Numbered from the stretch's first letter, positions 30,791-42,959 are shown. The stretch is DNA of 64,000 bases from Verrucomicrobiota bacterium (GCA_050010675.1 JBEKKN010000010.1:5648-69647), one strand, 5' to 3'. The notes: generated by a model from the sequence alone, not told the origin. Numbers and translations are program-made.

Positions 30791-31876
30791 TCAGGTCGCG
30801 GAAACCCCGCCGATGGCCTGTAATTTCGGGTTGATCACCCGGCGCCACCAGGGCGGCAACAGCACCATGGCGATGGACCAGAAATACCCCGCCGGCAGTT
30901 TGGGCGCCTGCGGCTCGGTCGCCAGCAGATAATAGGGTTTCACCGCCAGATGATGATAGGAATGGTGCCCGACCCGGAAGGTCACATAACTCGAAAAGAA
31001 ATGGTAGGTGTCCCAGGAATGTTCCGCCCCGGTCTTTTCATACTCCCCCGCCTGCTGTTTGCGCAGCAATCCGTAGTGCTGAATGTAATTGACGGATTCC
31101 AGGACGATGTGGGCCCCGACGATGTGGGCCAGATAGAACAACAATCCCCACAGGCCCGAAAGTAGATACAGGACCAGCAGGAGCGCCAGCTGGCCCACGG
31201 CAAACATGGTCATTTTGTTCCGGAAAATACCCGCCCCGGCGGCGGGTTCCCCGGCGGCAAAGCGTCTGGCCTCCAGGTGCCAGGACCGGATCATGCTCCC
31301 GGGGATCGTCCGATAAATGTACGCGTAAATGCTTTCGTTCAACCAGGCGGTGTTCTCGTCCTCGGCGGTCCCGGCATGGACATGGTGGCTGCGGATATGA
31401 ATGACCTTGTAGTGCGGGTAAAACAAAAACGTGGTGGTGATGCGTTGGAGGATCTGGTCGAGTTTTTCCTTCGCATGCAACAACTCATGGGCCGCGGCAA
31501 AACCAATCCCGCCCAGCAAACTCGACGATACCAGAATCAGGCTGATTTCGATGACGCTGAAGCGATGAATGGACATCGCAAAATAAATCACCGTCCCCAT
31601 GTAAAACAGGGCATAGAGCCGCGTGTTCCAATGCAGCAGGGAGATTTCAAAGGGGGAAAAGTCATTTTTGTCAAAATGACCAGTGTCCTGCCAGCCGGTG
31701 AGCAGGTCGAGCAGCGGCACCACGGCGAGCAAAAAAAGGACCGGCAGCGCGAGCCAGTAACCGCCGCCGTAAACACCCAGGGCCAGCAGCCCAAACAGCA
31801 GTTGTGGCAGAAAACAAAAGAACAGATGACGATACTTTCCGCTCACCGCCGTGCTTTGCGAAGCCTCTGGTTGCAT
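30791..31876 (-). CDS. Alkane 1-monooxygenase (AlkB)/desaturase-like membrane di-iron enzyme
   Basis: His boxes AHELLH, HIRSHH, NYIQHYGL, HHSYHH; PKLPAGY. Confidence 0.85.
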   Translation of the reverse strand: MQPEASQSTAVSGKYRHLFFCFLPQLLFGLLALGVYGGGYWLALPVLFLLAVVPLLDLLTGWQDTGHFDKNDFSPFEISLLHWNTRLYALFYMGTVIYFAMSIHRFSVIEISLILVSSSLLGGIGFAAAHELLHAKEKLDQILQRITTTFLFYPHYKVIHIRSHHVHAGTAEDENTAWLNESIYAYIYRTIPGSMIRSWHLEARRFAAGEPAAGAGIFRNKMTMFAVGQLALLLVLYLLSGLWGLLFYLAHIVGAHIVLESVNYIQHYGLLRKQQAGEYEKTGAEHSWDTYHFFSSYVTFRVGHHSYHHLAVKPYYLLATEPQAPKLPAGYFWSIAMVLLPPWWRRVINPKLQAIGGVSAT

Positions 31877-32089
31877 GATGATCTGTCGTTCTGTCTTTAC
31901 CTCGCGCCGTTGCTGCCCGATCGGGCGACGGCGTCCGAAAAGCGTCAGCCAAGGGGCGGAACACCCCACCGCCGACGTTGGATCTACTAAAAGGTGTCCT
32001 AAAAGTCAAGTTCAGACGCGCTGTTGACAGCCGATCAAAGCGGATTGATTTGACTTCTCATTTGCCCGAATAAATCGTCTTATTCCGCC

Positions 32090-33121
32090 ATGGCAGAGCC
32101 AAGCGCCAGCGGGAACACCCATCCGACGTACCGGCAGACGATGCTGGACAAGCCCACGTATGGGCATCCCGGCCCCGCGCCAAAAACGCCGGCGATCCGG
32201 CAGGTGCTGGCCGAGTGGTTGGATGCCATCAGCTTCTGGAAAGACCGCACCCGGTTGATCCCGGCCGCGTACGCGACCTATCACTTTGCCACGTTCCTGG
32301 TATTCGTCTGGTTTTTGGCAACGCATTTTTCCATCTCGGCCGTCCTCACGGTTTTGCTCTGTGCCTGTTTCATCGGCACGGTTTACAACACGGTATGGTA
32401 TCACCGGCTCTGTTCGCACCAGGCGTTTAAATTCCGCAACCTCTGGTTTGCGCGGGTGTTTTTGTGGACGAATCCCATCTGCCTGCGCGAGGAGAGCTAT
32501 GTGATTCCGCACCGGATTCACCATGCGAAGTCGGACGAGCCGGGAGACCCTTATGGCCCGCACCTTGGCTGGCTGGGAAGTTATCTGGCCACCGAAACGC
32601 AGCAGAAGACCAATCGCAACCTCACCGCTGCCGAGTATGAGCGGCTGGTGAAAAGTCTGGAACACGTCGGATTTATGAGTAATACCTATGAGCAATATCG
32701 GCGGACGGGCTCGGTTGAAAACGTCTGGCACTATTTTGCGCGTGTGGTCTTCGTCCATCTTTTCTGGGGGATGTTGGCGTGGGCCGCGGCCGGTTGGTGG
32801 GGAGTCTGGGCGTGGATATCGGGGGTGTTCCTGTTAAGCTTCATGGTGCGTGACTTCAATTACCGGGGGCACAGTGCCTTGACCGGCACTCACAAGCCCG
32901 GCGAACCGGTGAACCAGTTCGTTTACGGGCTGATCGCCGGCGAGTGGCATGAGAACCATCATCAATATCCCCGCCTCGCGCGCAGCGGCCTGGCCTGGTG
33001 GCAGGTGGACGCGCCTTACTGGATCATTCGCGCCATGAAAGTCTGCGGGGTTGTTTCGCAATGCAACTCACAGGTGCCTCCCGCCAAGTTTCAGCCTTCC
33101 GATGCGCAAATCGTGGTTTGA
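32090..33121 (+). CDS. Fatty acid desaturase (delta-9-like)
   Basis: His boxes HRLCSH, HRIHH, WHENHH. Confidence 0.85.
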   Translation: MAEPSASGNTHPTYRQTMLDKPTYGHPGPAPKTPAIRQVLAEWLDAISFWKDRTRLIPAAYATYHFATFLVFVWFLATHFSISAVLTVLLCACFIGTVYNTVWYHRLCSHQAFKFRNLWFARVFLWTNPICLREESYVIPHRIHHAKSDEPGDPYGPHLGWLGSYLATETQQKTNRNLTAAEYERLVKSLEHVGFMSNTYEQYRRTGSVENVWHYFARVVFVHLFWGMLAWAAAGWWGVWAWISGVFLLSFMVRDFNYRGHSALTGTHKPGEPVNQFVYGLIAGEWHENHHQYPRLARSGLAWWQVDAPYWIIRAMKVCGVVSQCNSQVPPAKFQPSDAQIVV

Positions 33122-33307
33122 ACATCGCTTCGGACTGAAAGACGCGCTGCCATCGATCCAACGCCGGGCCGTTCCGGATAAATGGCGCGCCATCCCCGGG
33201 ACGAGGACCGTGCCGGCGGCTGGAACCGCGAGGCACTGAATCGTGCGGCAATCGTTCATGCCTGATGCGTTCACCCAAACCGGTTCGACCTGGCTTCCGC
33301 CCCTTGC

Positions 33308-34018
33308 TCACCGGCGGCGGAAGGCGTCGGTGAGGCCGTAGGCGAGCGCGTAGCAGATGAAAATCGCGGCGCCGCCGGCAACCCCTAGCCACCCGGTCTT
33401 AGCGGCGTTGCCGTGCCGGAGCGGTTTGGCCAGCAGCGTGAAGGCGATGGCGATGCCGAATTCGCCGAGGATGATATAATAGGGCGTGTTGGAAATCATG
33501 CGGCAGCCGCGGTATTGCCACCAGTGAATGCGGCGCGCCATCTCTTCGTAGTACGGAATGTTGATGGCACCGAGCGCGCCGACGGCGGCCAGTCCGAGGC
33601 CGCCGAACCGGTCGCGCAGCCACAGGCCGAGACAGCCGAATTGTACGGCGACGATTTCCCAGGCAAACGGCATCCAAATCGGCGAGCGCCACAACATTGG
33701 CCCGCCGCCAGCGGAGTAATCCAGCGTGCGGGTAAAATCCACGAGCCACGCGTCGGCGGCCAGTTCGACAAAGCCGGTCACCAGCCCGAAAACCATCAGC
33801 CGCGTCAGCAACGCATCATGGTAAAGGACGACAAAGCCGATCAGGAGCGCATTGTCGAACAGGTTGAGCGCGAGACCGGTCTTCCAGTCCGACCACGGCG
33901 CGAACGTGAGCAGCGCGACGGCAACGACGTTGATGACGATGGTCGCCAGTACGACGCGCAGGCGTCTCAATTCCAACGAATCAATCGGCAGGCTGGCCAG
34001 CGGTTTGAGTTTGACCAT
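33308..34018 (-). CDS. Hypothetical multi-pass membrane protein (DUF6989-like)
   Basis: Several TM helices, EL.ADAWLV, P.WMPFAW, YEEMA....WW.Y. Confidence 0.65.
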   Translation of the reverse strand: MVKLKPLASLPIDSLELRRLRVVLATIVINVVAVALLTFAPWSDWKTGLALNLFDNALLIGFVVLYHDALLTRLMVFGLVTGFVELAADAWLVDFTRTLDYSAGGGPMLWRSPIWMPFAWEIVAVQFGCLGLWLRDRFGGLGLAAVGALGAINIPYYEEMARRIHWWQYRGCRMISNTPYYIILGEFGIAIAFTLLAKPLRHGNAAKTGWLGVAGGAAIFICYALAYGLTDAFRRR

Positions 34019-34075
34019 GGAACGGATTACTAGCAAATCGCCGTCCAATAGTCACCTCGGCTTTTCCGCCGGCCG

Positions 34076-34237
34076 TCAGGGAGCCACCGCCCCCCACGAC
34101 GCGCTGGGTTTCCAGGCCGATTCCTGCCGGGTTTGCCGCCAATCGCGCTGCGTCAATTCCGGCGCCGTCAGCGCCTGCCACAATTTCTCCGGCGTCGTGC
34201 GGATGCAGGTCACCTGGACGAATGGTTCGGGTTTCAG
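34076..34237 (-). pseudogene. Truncated SRPBCC/AHA1 paralog remnant
   Basis: Translates LKPEPFVQVTCIRTTPEKLWQALTAPELTQRDW..ESAWKP.., homologous to the N-terminus of 34262..34702; no ATG, stops after 53 codons. Confidence 0.7.
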
Positions 34238-34261
34238 GTTTTTCGTGGTTGGTTTACGCGG

Positions 34262-34702
34262 TCATTTGCAAAAGATGTTGAGTCCCTTGCCGGTTTCCAA
34301 AAACGTTTTCAGGCTGGAGAGGACGCGCGGCCAGCCCCAGGAAACCCCGCGGAGCATCTTCGAGCCCACCTTCAATTTGTCGTGCGTCACCTTGAGGCAC
34401 ACCATGTCTTCCAGCGCCTCAATCTCAAACGTGACGCGCGATTGGTCGGCGAGCCTGTCCGGGTCGGCCCAGCTCAGCACCAGACGTTTGGGCGGAGTGC
34501 TTTCCAGCACCTTGCCGGTGATCCAAACGGGGTCCGCCTCTTTTTCAAAGACGTGCTCCCATTTTGAACCTTTCTTCCAGTCCGAAACATTCTTGGCGCC
34601 GCCCCAATATTGGCGGGTGAACTCGGGCCGGGTGATCGCATCCCACAGTTTCCTGGGCGTGGTGCGAATGTAGGTGGCGTAAACTAACTTTGGCTTTTGC
34701 AT
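34262..34702 (-). CDS. SRPBCC (AHA1-like) domain protein
   Basis: YIRTTP.KLW.AIT.PEFTRQYW, SRVTFEIE, GWP.VLSSLKT.LETG. Confidence 0.9.
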   Translation of the reverse strand: MQKPKLVYATYIRTTPRKLWDAITRPEFTRQYWGGAKNVSDWKKGSKWEHVFEKEADPVWITGKVLESTPPKRLVLSWADPDRLADQSRVTFEIEALEDMVCLKVTHDKLKVGSKMLRGVSWGWPRVLSSLKTFLETGKGLNIFCK

Positions 34703-34705
34703 GAC

Positions 34706-35032
34706 TTATCCTTTCTGGTTGGTTTTGGTTTGTTCGAGACCCTTTTTCAGATCGCCGAGCGCCTGAAGGCGATGGCGTTCGTATTTGCCAATCCAGCGCT
34801 CGCTGATCTCGTGCAGCGGCACCGGATTCAGATAATGCAGCTTCTCGCGCCCCCGCCAGACCACTGCCACCAGGTTCGCCTTCTCCAGCAACCGGAGATG
34901 CTTGGTGACCGCCTGCCGCGTCATGTCGAGGTGCGCGCACAATTCGCCGAGCGTCCGCCCGTTGCTCTGGTGCAACTGGTCGAGCAACTGTCGGCGGCTC
35001 CGGTCGGCCAACGCTTTGAATACCGCATCCAT
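34706..35032 (-). CDS. ArsR/SmtB family regulator
   Basis: VFKALAD.SRR.LLD.L, MTRQAVTKHL..LE.ANLV, GREK.HYLN. Confidence 0.92.
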   Translation of the reverse strand: MDAVFKALADRSRRQLLDQLHQSNGRTLGELCAHLDMTRQAVTKHLRLLEKANLVAVVWRGREKLHYLNPVPLHEISERWIGKYERHRLQALGDLKKGLEQTKTNQKG

Positions 35033-35041
35033 CTGCGCGCC

Positions 35042-35071
35042 ATAATATGCAACCAAATGGTTGCATGTCAA
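35042..35071 (-). promoter_or_regulatory. Sigma70 promoter overlapping an ArsR operator palindrome
   Basis: TTGACA-N18-TATTAT on the minus strand enclosing the perfect palindrome ATGCAACC-AAAT-GGTTGCAT (35047-35066). Confidence 0.8.
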
Positions 35072-35206
35072 GCGCCGATTTTTAGGGAGCTGAATGGGGA
35101 ATGTCCCGGAGGAATTGAAGCCTTCAGCCGGGGGCTGCCCGAATGCTTTCGGGGCTGCCTTGGAGCCATCGTCCCGCCTATGGAATCAACCCGGAATCGA
35201 AAAATA

Positions 35207-35242
35207 AAAAGGCGGGATCCGGTTCTCACCGGACCCCGCCCC
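35207..35242 (-). terminator. Intrinsic terminator after RRM gene 3
   Basis: GGCGGGGTCCGGT-GAGA-ACCGGATCCCGCC followed by TTTTATTTTT. Confidence 0.8.
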
Positions 35243-35257
35243 GAAATCCAGACTGGA

Positions 35258-35572
35258 TTAGTAGCGATCGCGACCGCCGCCGCCGCCGTATCCACGACCG
35301 CCGCCGCCGCCAGCCGGGCGCTCTTCACGCGGCTTGGCCACGTTGACCGTGAGGGCGCGGCCGCCCAGTTGCGAGCCATTCAGCGCGCTGATGGCTTTTT
35401 GCGCCTCCTCGGCGGAGTTCATGGTGATGAAGCCAAAACCGCGCGGACGGCCGGTGGCCCGGTCCATCATCAGGTTGGTTTCCATGACCGTGCCGTGCGC
35501 GGCAAACGCGTCCTGCAGGTCGTTTTCGGTGGTGTCAAAGGAAAGATTCCCGACAAATAATTTGCTGCTCAT
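35258..35572 (-). CDS. RRM RNA-binding protein with Gly-rich tail (copy 3)
   Basis: LFVGNL, RGFGFI, GGGGGRGYGGG tail. Confidence 0.95.
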   Translation of the reverse strand: MSSKLFVGNLSFDTTENDLQDAFAAHGTVMETNLMMDRATGRPRGFGFITMNSAEEAQKAISALNGSQLGGRALTVNVAKPREERPAGGGGGRGYGGGGGRDRY

Positions 35573-35705
35573 ATGATGTTTTACTGTCCTAGACTAAACT
35601 TTGCTTTTACCAGACTGTTTCCGTAAATCGGATTTCAAATCATCACTGAACCAGGTTCACTTGAGGATTCACCATGCCTTGAAAGAGACAAGCTATCTGA
35701 CAGGC
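35573..35705 (-). ncRNA. Conserved structured 5' leader of RRM gene (copy 3)
   Basis: Same conserved blocks as copies 1 and 2. Confidence 0.6.
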
Positions 35706-35838
35706 CGGTGCAGGGTGACGGGTTCCAGCCGGAAGGCAACAACTATCGGCAACTATGTTTTGGGCCATAACCCCGGGAATTTCGTCGGGTATCCGGCCGG
35801 CTGACCGTCCGCCGGGCCGGATGAGGTTGCATCCATCA

Positions 35839-35930
35839 TTTACAATGACCACCCCGGCCGGCAGGATGAGCATCCCTTCGGAGAAACTGACATGCCGCAG
35901 GTGATCAACCCGTGGAAGAAAACCAAAATT
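35839..35930 (+). promoter_or_regulatory. Shared promoter and leader upstream of small basic ORF B
   Basis: TTTACA-N17-CAGGAT, then the 24-nt block identical to 29750-29773. Confidence 0.6.
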
Positions 35931-36056
35931 ATGGGCGACCGATCCCCGAAGTCCAACCAGAAGAAATCAAACCAGAAACAGGCCCAGGCCGACAGCGCCG
36001 ACCAGAAGAAAAAGGCGGCCGAAGCCGCCAAGTCGGCGGCCCTTAAAAAACGGTAA
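35931..36056 (+). CDS. 41-aa Lys/Gln/Ala-rich peptide MGDRSPKSNQKKSNQKQAQADSADQKKKAAEAAKSAALKKR
   Basis: ATG after an A-rich leader, GC3-rich codons; below the ORF-track length cutoff. Confidence 0.65.
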   Translation: MGDRSPKSNQKKSNQKQAQADSADQKKKAAEAAKSAALKKR

Positions 36057-36144
36057 CCGTCCGTCCCGACCGGAACCGGTTTTTCTGGCGTTGCCGCGCA
36101 AATTTCGCGGGAAATGGAAGCCCTGAATCCGCCCAAAAGTTTGA

Positions 36145-36921
36145 TCAGCTTTTCGGCGGCCATTCCACGCCCGCCAGTTCCCTGGGCAGTTGCGTCGGGT
36201 CGACCGGATAGATAAGCGAGAGGTCCATCTGGGATTTTGAGCCTTGGAGAAATTCCAGTTCCTCCGGCGCGCCGAGGATGAGCCAGAGCACCTCGGCGTT
36301 GGTGTCGTTGAACACCTGACGCAATTGGTCCGGCCCGACCAGCACGCCACCGTATTTGGGCACGGTCAATGTCTCTTCGCCCACGCGCAGGCGGCCTGTG
36401 CCTTCCAGCACGAAATAAAACTCCTCCGCGCGGATATGTTTGTGCAACGTGTTTGCGCTCTGGGGCGGCAACCGCCAGAGCCGCGCGCCGAGATTCTCGC
36501 TCCCGGTGCGCTCCAGATAATCTGCGTTTGGGATCTTCATCAGGTTGGAAGGACGCCAGAAGAGGTCTTCCGGTTTGATGAGATGGTAACCCTGAATGGC
36601 AATATGCGTCATGGCCGTGGTGGGCGTGGCCCCATGCCAATGTTTCTCGCCGGGCGAAAACCAGATGACGTCACCCGGCCGGATTTCCTCGATCGGGCCG
36701 CCCCAGCGCTGCGCGCGCCCGCTGCCCGCCGTCACAATCAGGGTCTGTCCCAGCGGATGGGTGTGCCAGACCGTCCGTGCGCCAGGCTCGAACGTGACGA
36801 TGGCGCCCGCAACCCGCGCGGGATCGTTTCCATTGAACGGTGAGTCAATGCGCACCGTGCCGGTGAACCAGTTGGCCGGTCCTTTGCCGGAAGGCTGTGA
36901 GCCACTTCGTTTGATTTCCAT
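36145..36921 (-). CDS. Fused double cupin protein
   Basis: Cupin 1 ([24 protein letters not shown]) joined at ~36591 to cupin 2 ([22 protein letters not shown]). Confidence 0.85.
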   Translation of the reverse strand: MEIKRSGSQPSGKGPANWFTGTVRIDSPFNGNDPARVAGAIVTFEPGARTVWHTHPLGQTLIVTAGSGRAQRWGGPIEEIRPGDVIWFSPGEKHWHGATPTTAMTHIAIQGYHLIKPEDLFWRPSNLMKIPNADYLERTGSENLGARLWRLPPQSANTLHKHIRAEEFYFVLEGTGRLRVGEETLTVPKYGGVLVGPDQLRQVFNDTNAEVLWLILGAPEELEFLQGSKSQMDLSLIYPVDPTQLPRELAGVEWPPKS

Positions 36922-36951
36922 ATTTCAAATGCCTTTCGCCTTATCGTTTTT

Positions 36952-37077
36952 ACCACGGATGAACACAGATGGACACAGATGAAAAGTCGTGTTGGCGCTC
37001 CGTTGTTCGGCAAATTAAGCGGTTTAGGATTTATTTGCGGAATTCAAAATCCGTGTTTATCCGTGTCCATCCGTGGT
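36952..37077. repeat. Inverted pair of 10-mer tandem repeats (ACAC[AG]GAT-type)
   Basis: ACCACGGATGAACACAGATGGACACAGAT (36952-36980) versus ATCCGTGTTTATCCGTGTCCATCCGTGGT (37049-37077). Confidence 0.8.
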
Positions 37078-37100
37078 TGAACCGCATTGTTGCCAATCTC

Positions 37101-38174
<1,074 letters not shown>

Positions 38175-38280
38175 CTAAACCTTGGAACCAGTCGACGTGA
38201 AGGTCGTGAGCGTGACAATCGCGTGACAATCACTTGACGGTCAAAAGGCTTTCTGCCACTGCTCTGCCCGCCAGCGTCGA

Positions 38281-39111
38281 ATGAACTTGAAAATTCGGGC
38301 CATCACAAAACGGGAGCCCTTGGCGGTCCGGTCCCGCGTCTCCCGGCTCGCCCGCGTGGAATTTGAGCGGCATCCCTACCCCGCCTTGCTGAAGGAACCG
38401 GCGCATTTCTGGGACGAGGTGTTCATCGCCAACGAGGCCGACGTGCTGGGAGAAGTGACGCACCCGCGCATCCGGCGCAAACTGGCCTATGACGCGGCCA
38501 CGCACCGGCTGTTTCTGGAATACATCGAGGCCGACACGTTGGATGACCTGGTGCGCAAGGGCATCACGCTCACCGATCAGGGGCGGACGCACCGCCTCCT
38601 GCAAAGCGTGGCCGAAACGGTGGCGGATATGCACGCGGGCATTTTCTGCGGGCGACCCATCGTTCACAACGATTTGAAGAGCCGGAACGTGCTGGTGCCC
38701 GTGGCCGCGCCCGGGGAAACGCGGCTGATTGATTTTTCGCACTCGTTCTTCGAGGGGAATCTGCCATCCTTTATCACGGACAAGAAACAAAATCCGGCCG
38801 GCACGGCCCAATACACGGCGCCGGAGAAATGGGAGGGGGATTTCACGAAAGGTTTTAAAGGCGATGTGTTTGCCTTTGGCGTCACCGCCTATCATGCCTA
38901 CATGGGAAAATATCCGTTCGGCGGCACAATCGCGCAAATCGGACGGGCGATCCGGGAGACGCCGACGCCTTCGCCTCTGAAACTGGGGCATAATCTGCTC
39001 CGCAACACCGCTGCCATCATCATGGCCTGCCTGGAGAAGAATCCCGATCGCCGGCCGTCCATGGAACAGGTTGCCCGGGTCTATGCTGATTCCGCTTCCT
39101 TGCTCAAGTGA
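38281..39111 (+). CDS. Hanks-type Ser/Thr protein kinase
   Basis: HNDLKSRNVL, LIDFS, GTAQYTAPE, DVFAFGV, P.RRPS. Confidence 0.88.
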   Translation: MNLKIRAITKREPLAVRSRVSRLARVEFERHPYPALLKEPAHFWDEVFIANEADVLGEVTHPRIRRKLAYDAATHRLFLEYIEADTLDDLVRKGITLTDQGRTHRLLQSVAETVADMHAGIFCGRPIVHNDLKSRNVLVPVAAPGETRLIDFSHSFFEGNLPSFITDKKQNPAGTAQYTAPEKWEGDFTKGFKGDVFAFGVTAYHAYMGKYPFGGTIAQIGRAIRETPTPSPLKLGHNLLRNTAAIIMACLEKNPDRRPSMEQVARVYADSASLLK

Positions 39112-39187
39112 GCAGCGGACCAATCTTGAGGCTCATTCCTTCGGTGACCGCTCCACGCCAGCGTAGCGCGGCACGGTCAACGTCTCA

Positions 39188-39769
39188 TTACGCCGTGCGC
39201 CGCAACACGCGCACCCGCTCGCGGCCCTCGCGTCCGCGAAAGGTCAGGTCCGGCACATAATCGTCGACGATTTCGTAGCCGTCCGCAAAGGCTGCCGTCA
39301 GTTCAGCGACGCTGAGAGGGTAAGGAGGTCCTTCCTCACCCGGATCGAGATCCGGATTGATGAACCACACCCCGATCAACAGGCCTCCACGCCGCAACGT
39401 CAGGTCAATGCCGCACCGGTAGTCAGCGCGCAGCGACGGATGCAACCCGCTCATGCAGGTGTGTTCCAGCACCACGTCAAACGCGCCGCGCATCTCCACG
39501 GGCGGATTAAACAAATCCCCGACCACGAAACGCTCAGCCAGCTGCGGATATCGCGCGCGCGCCGCCGCCACGCCCGTGGGTGCGATGTCCAGTCCCGTCG
39601 CATCCAGCCCGTCCTCCACCGCCAGCGCCACCTCATGTCCGTGACCGCAGCCCGGCACCAGCGTGCGTCCCCGCACCGCATGTTGCTCCAGATATTGCTT
39701 CATCGGCGGCGACGGCGCGTTCTTGTTCCAGAACGTGTCGCCCTTTTGGTAAATTTCTTCCCAGTTCAT
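39188..39769 (-). CDS. Thiopurine S-methyltransferase-like SAM methyltransferase
   Basis: LVPGCG.GHE, GLDIAP, GDLF, FD.VLEHTC, GPPY. Confidence 0.88.
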   Translation of the reverse strand: MNWEEIYQKGDTFWNKNAPSPPMKQYLEQHAVRGRTLVPGCGHGHEVALAVEDGLDATGLDIAPTGVAAARARYPQLAERFVVGDLFNPPVEMRGAFDVVLEHTCMSGLHPSLRADYRCGIDLTLRRGGLLIGVWFINPDLDPGEEGPPYPLSVAELTAAFADGYEIVDDYVPDLTFRGREGRERVRVLRRTA

Positions 39770-39774
39770 ATGGC

Positions 39775-39835
39775 GGGCAGAGCGGCAGCTCTGCCCTACC
39801 AGAATAAACGGTAGGGCGGCGCTGCCGCGCCGCCC
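39775..39835. repeat. REP-like GTAG palindrome pair
   Basis: GGTAGGGCAGAGCTGCCGCTCTGCCC (minus, 39775-39800) and GGTAGGGCGGCGCTGCCGCGCCGCCC (plus, 39810-39835). Confidence 0.85.
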
Positions 39836-39839
39836 AAAT

Positions 39840-40485
39840 CTAAACCCTTAGCCAGCCGCGGAACCCCCTGCCGCTGTAATATATATGCACGCTGCCAATA
39901 TTGGATAATTCGTTCTGGCGCATCTTGCCAGTAGTGTAGGGTTTCCAATGCTACTGCACCTATCACCGCCAAAACAGACGTCAAAGGAATTTTATGTAGC
40001 TGTTCAAAGTCTTTTGCAAAGGGTAGATGCGCCCTGGAAAAATCTCTCAAATTAAAAGGAACCCAAACAAAATTTGGGACAAAGTCTTTGTTTATTCTCC
40101 ATTTGAACTTTTTGAGAATGGATTCCTCGATGCGCCAACTCTACGAAGCAGAAACACTTGCTTACGAACTATGGCGAATTGGGGCTGCGTTACGGATTGT
40201 CGGCAAAGGAGCCGGATTAATCGTGGCGAACAATCCGGGAAGAATTCTTTGCAACTCCTGTTCAACTGACGATTGATATGAAAGTAGATATGCGCGGCTC
40301 TGCTCAGGTCCAAATTCCCCTCGCGGAATCAGATTCCAGAAGCTGTCGCGAATGGGATGCGGACGTTTCGGAAAGTTGTTGTTAGCGGATAGATCTCGAT
40401 GGAGAAGTAAGAAGATCGGCTGGTAATATTCAAGTATGACCCTTTCGGGTCTGTTCCGCATTTTTCGTTTTGCGCGTGAGCTCAT
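39840..40485 (-). pseudogene. AT-rich degenerate gene fragment(s) directly downstream of thiC
   Basis: Visible GC drop; short broken minus-strand ORFs (40162..40485, 39796..40050) with no recognisable motif. Confidence 0.4.
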
Positions 40486-40495
40486 TAGCCCATCA

Positions 40496-42658
<2,163 letters not shown>

Positions 42659-42715
42659 ATGGAAAGCTAGGACGAATGATCGGCGGCGTCAAGCTGGGTA
42701 GTGTCCCAATTTGGC

Positions 42716-42959
42716 GGTAGGGACATCGCGCTGCGATGTCCTCGCCCGCGTAGCAGCGGGCGAAATGAATCACATCCCCTCCCAAGTTCCACGCATCTCA
42801 CACCTAGCGCCGCTGAACGCGGCGCGGACGGCGCAGCGCGCCATCCCTACCTGATTAGGACACCACCTCAAGCCGCGCACCGCATTGGGTGGTGGGCCAA
42901 TGCCGTTGGTAGGGACGCCGCGCCGCGGCGTCCGGACGGCTCGGCGAGCCGTCCCTACC
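42716..42959. repeat. Cluster of four REP-like GGTAGGGA palindromes (two inverted pairs, BIME-like)
   Basis: 42716-42741, 42826-42851 (minus) and the doublet 42908-42959; each is GTAG followed by a GC-rich hairpin. Confidence 0.88.

Noticed and set aside
42716-42959. Possible CRISPR array
   Set aside because: The repeats are inverted, unevenly spaced and non-identical GTAG hairpins, and no cas genes are present; they fit REPs.
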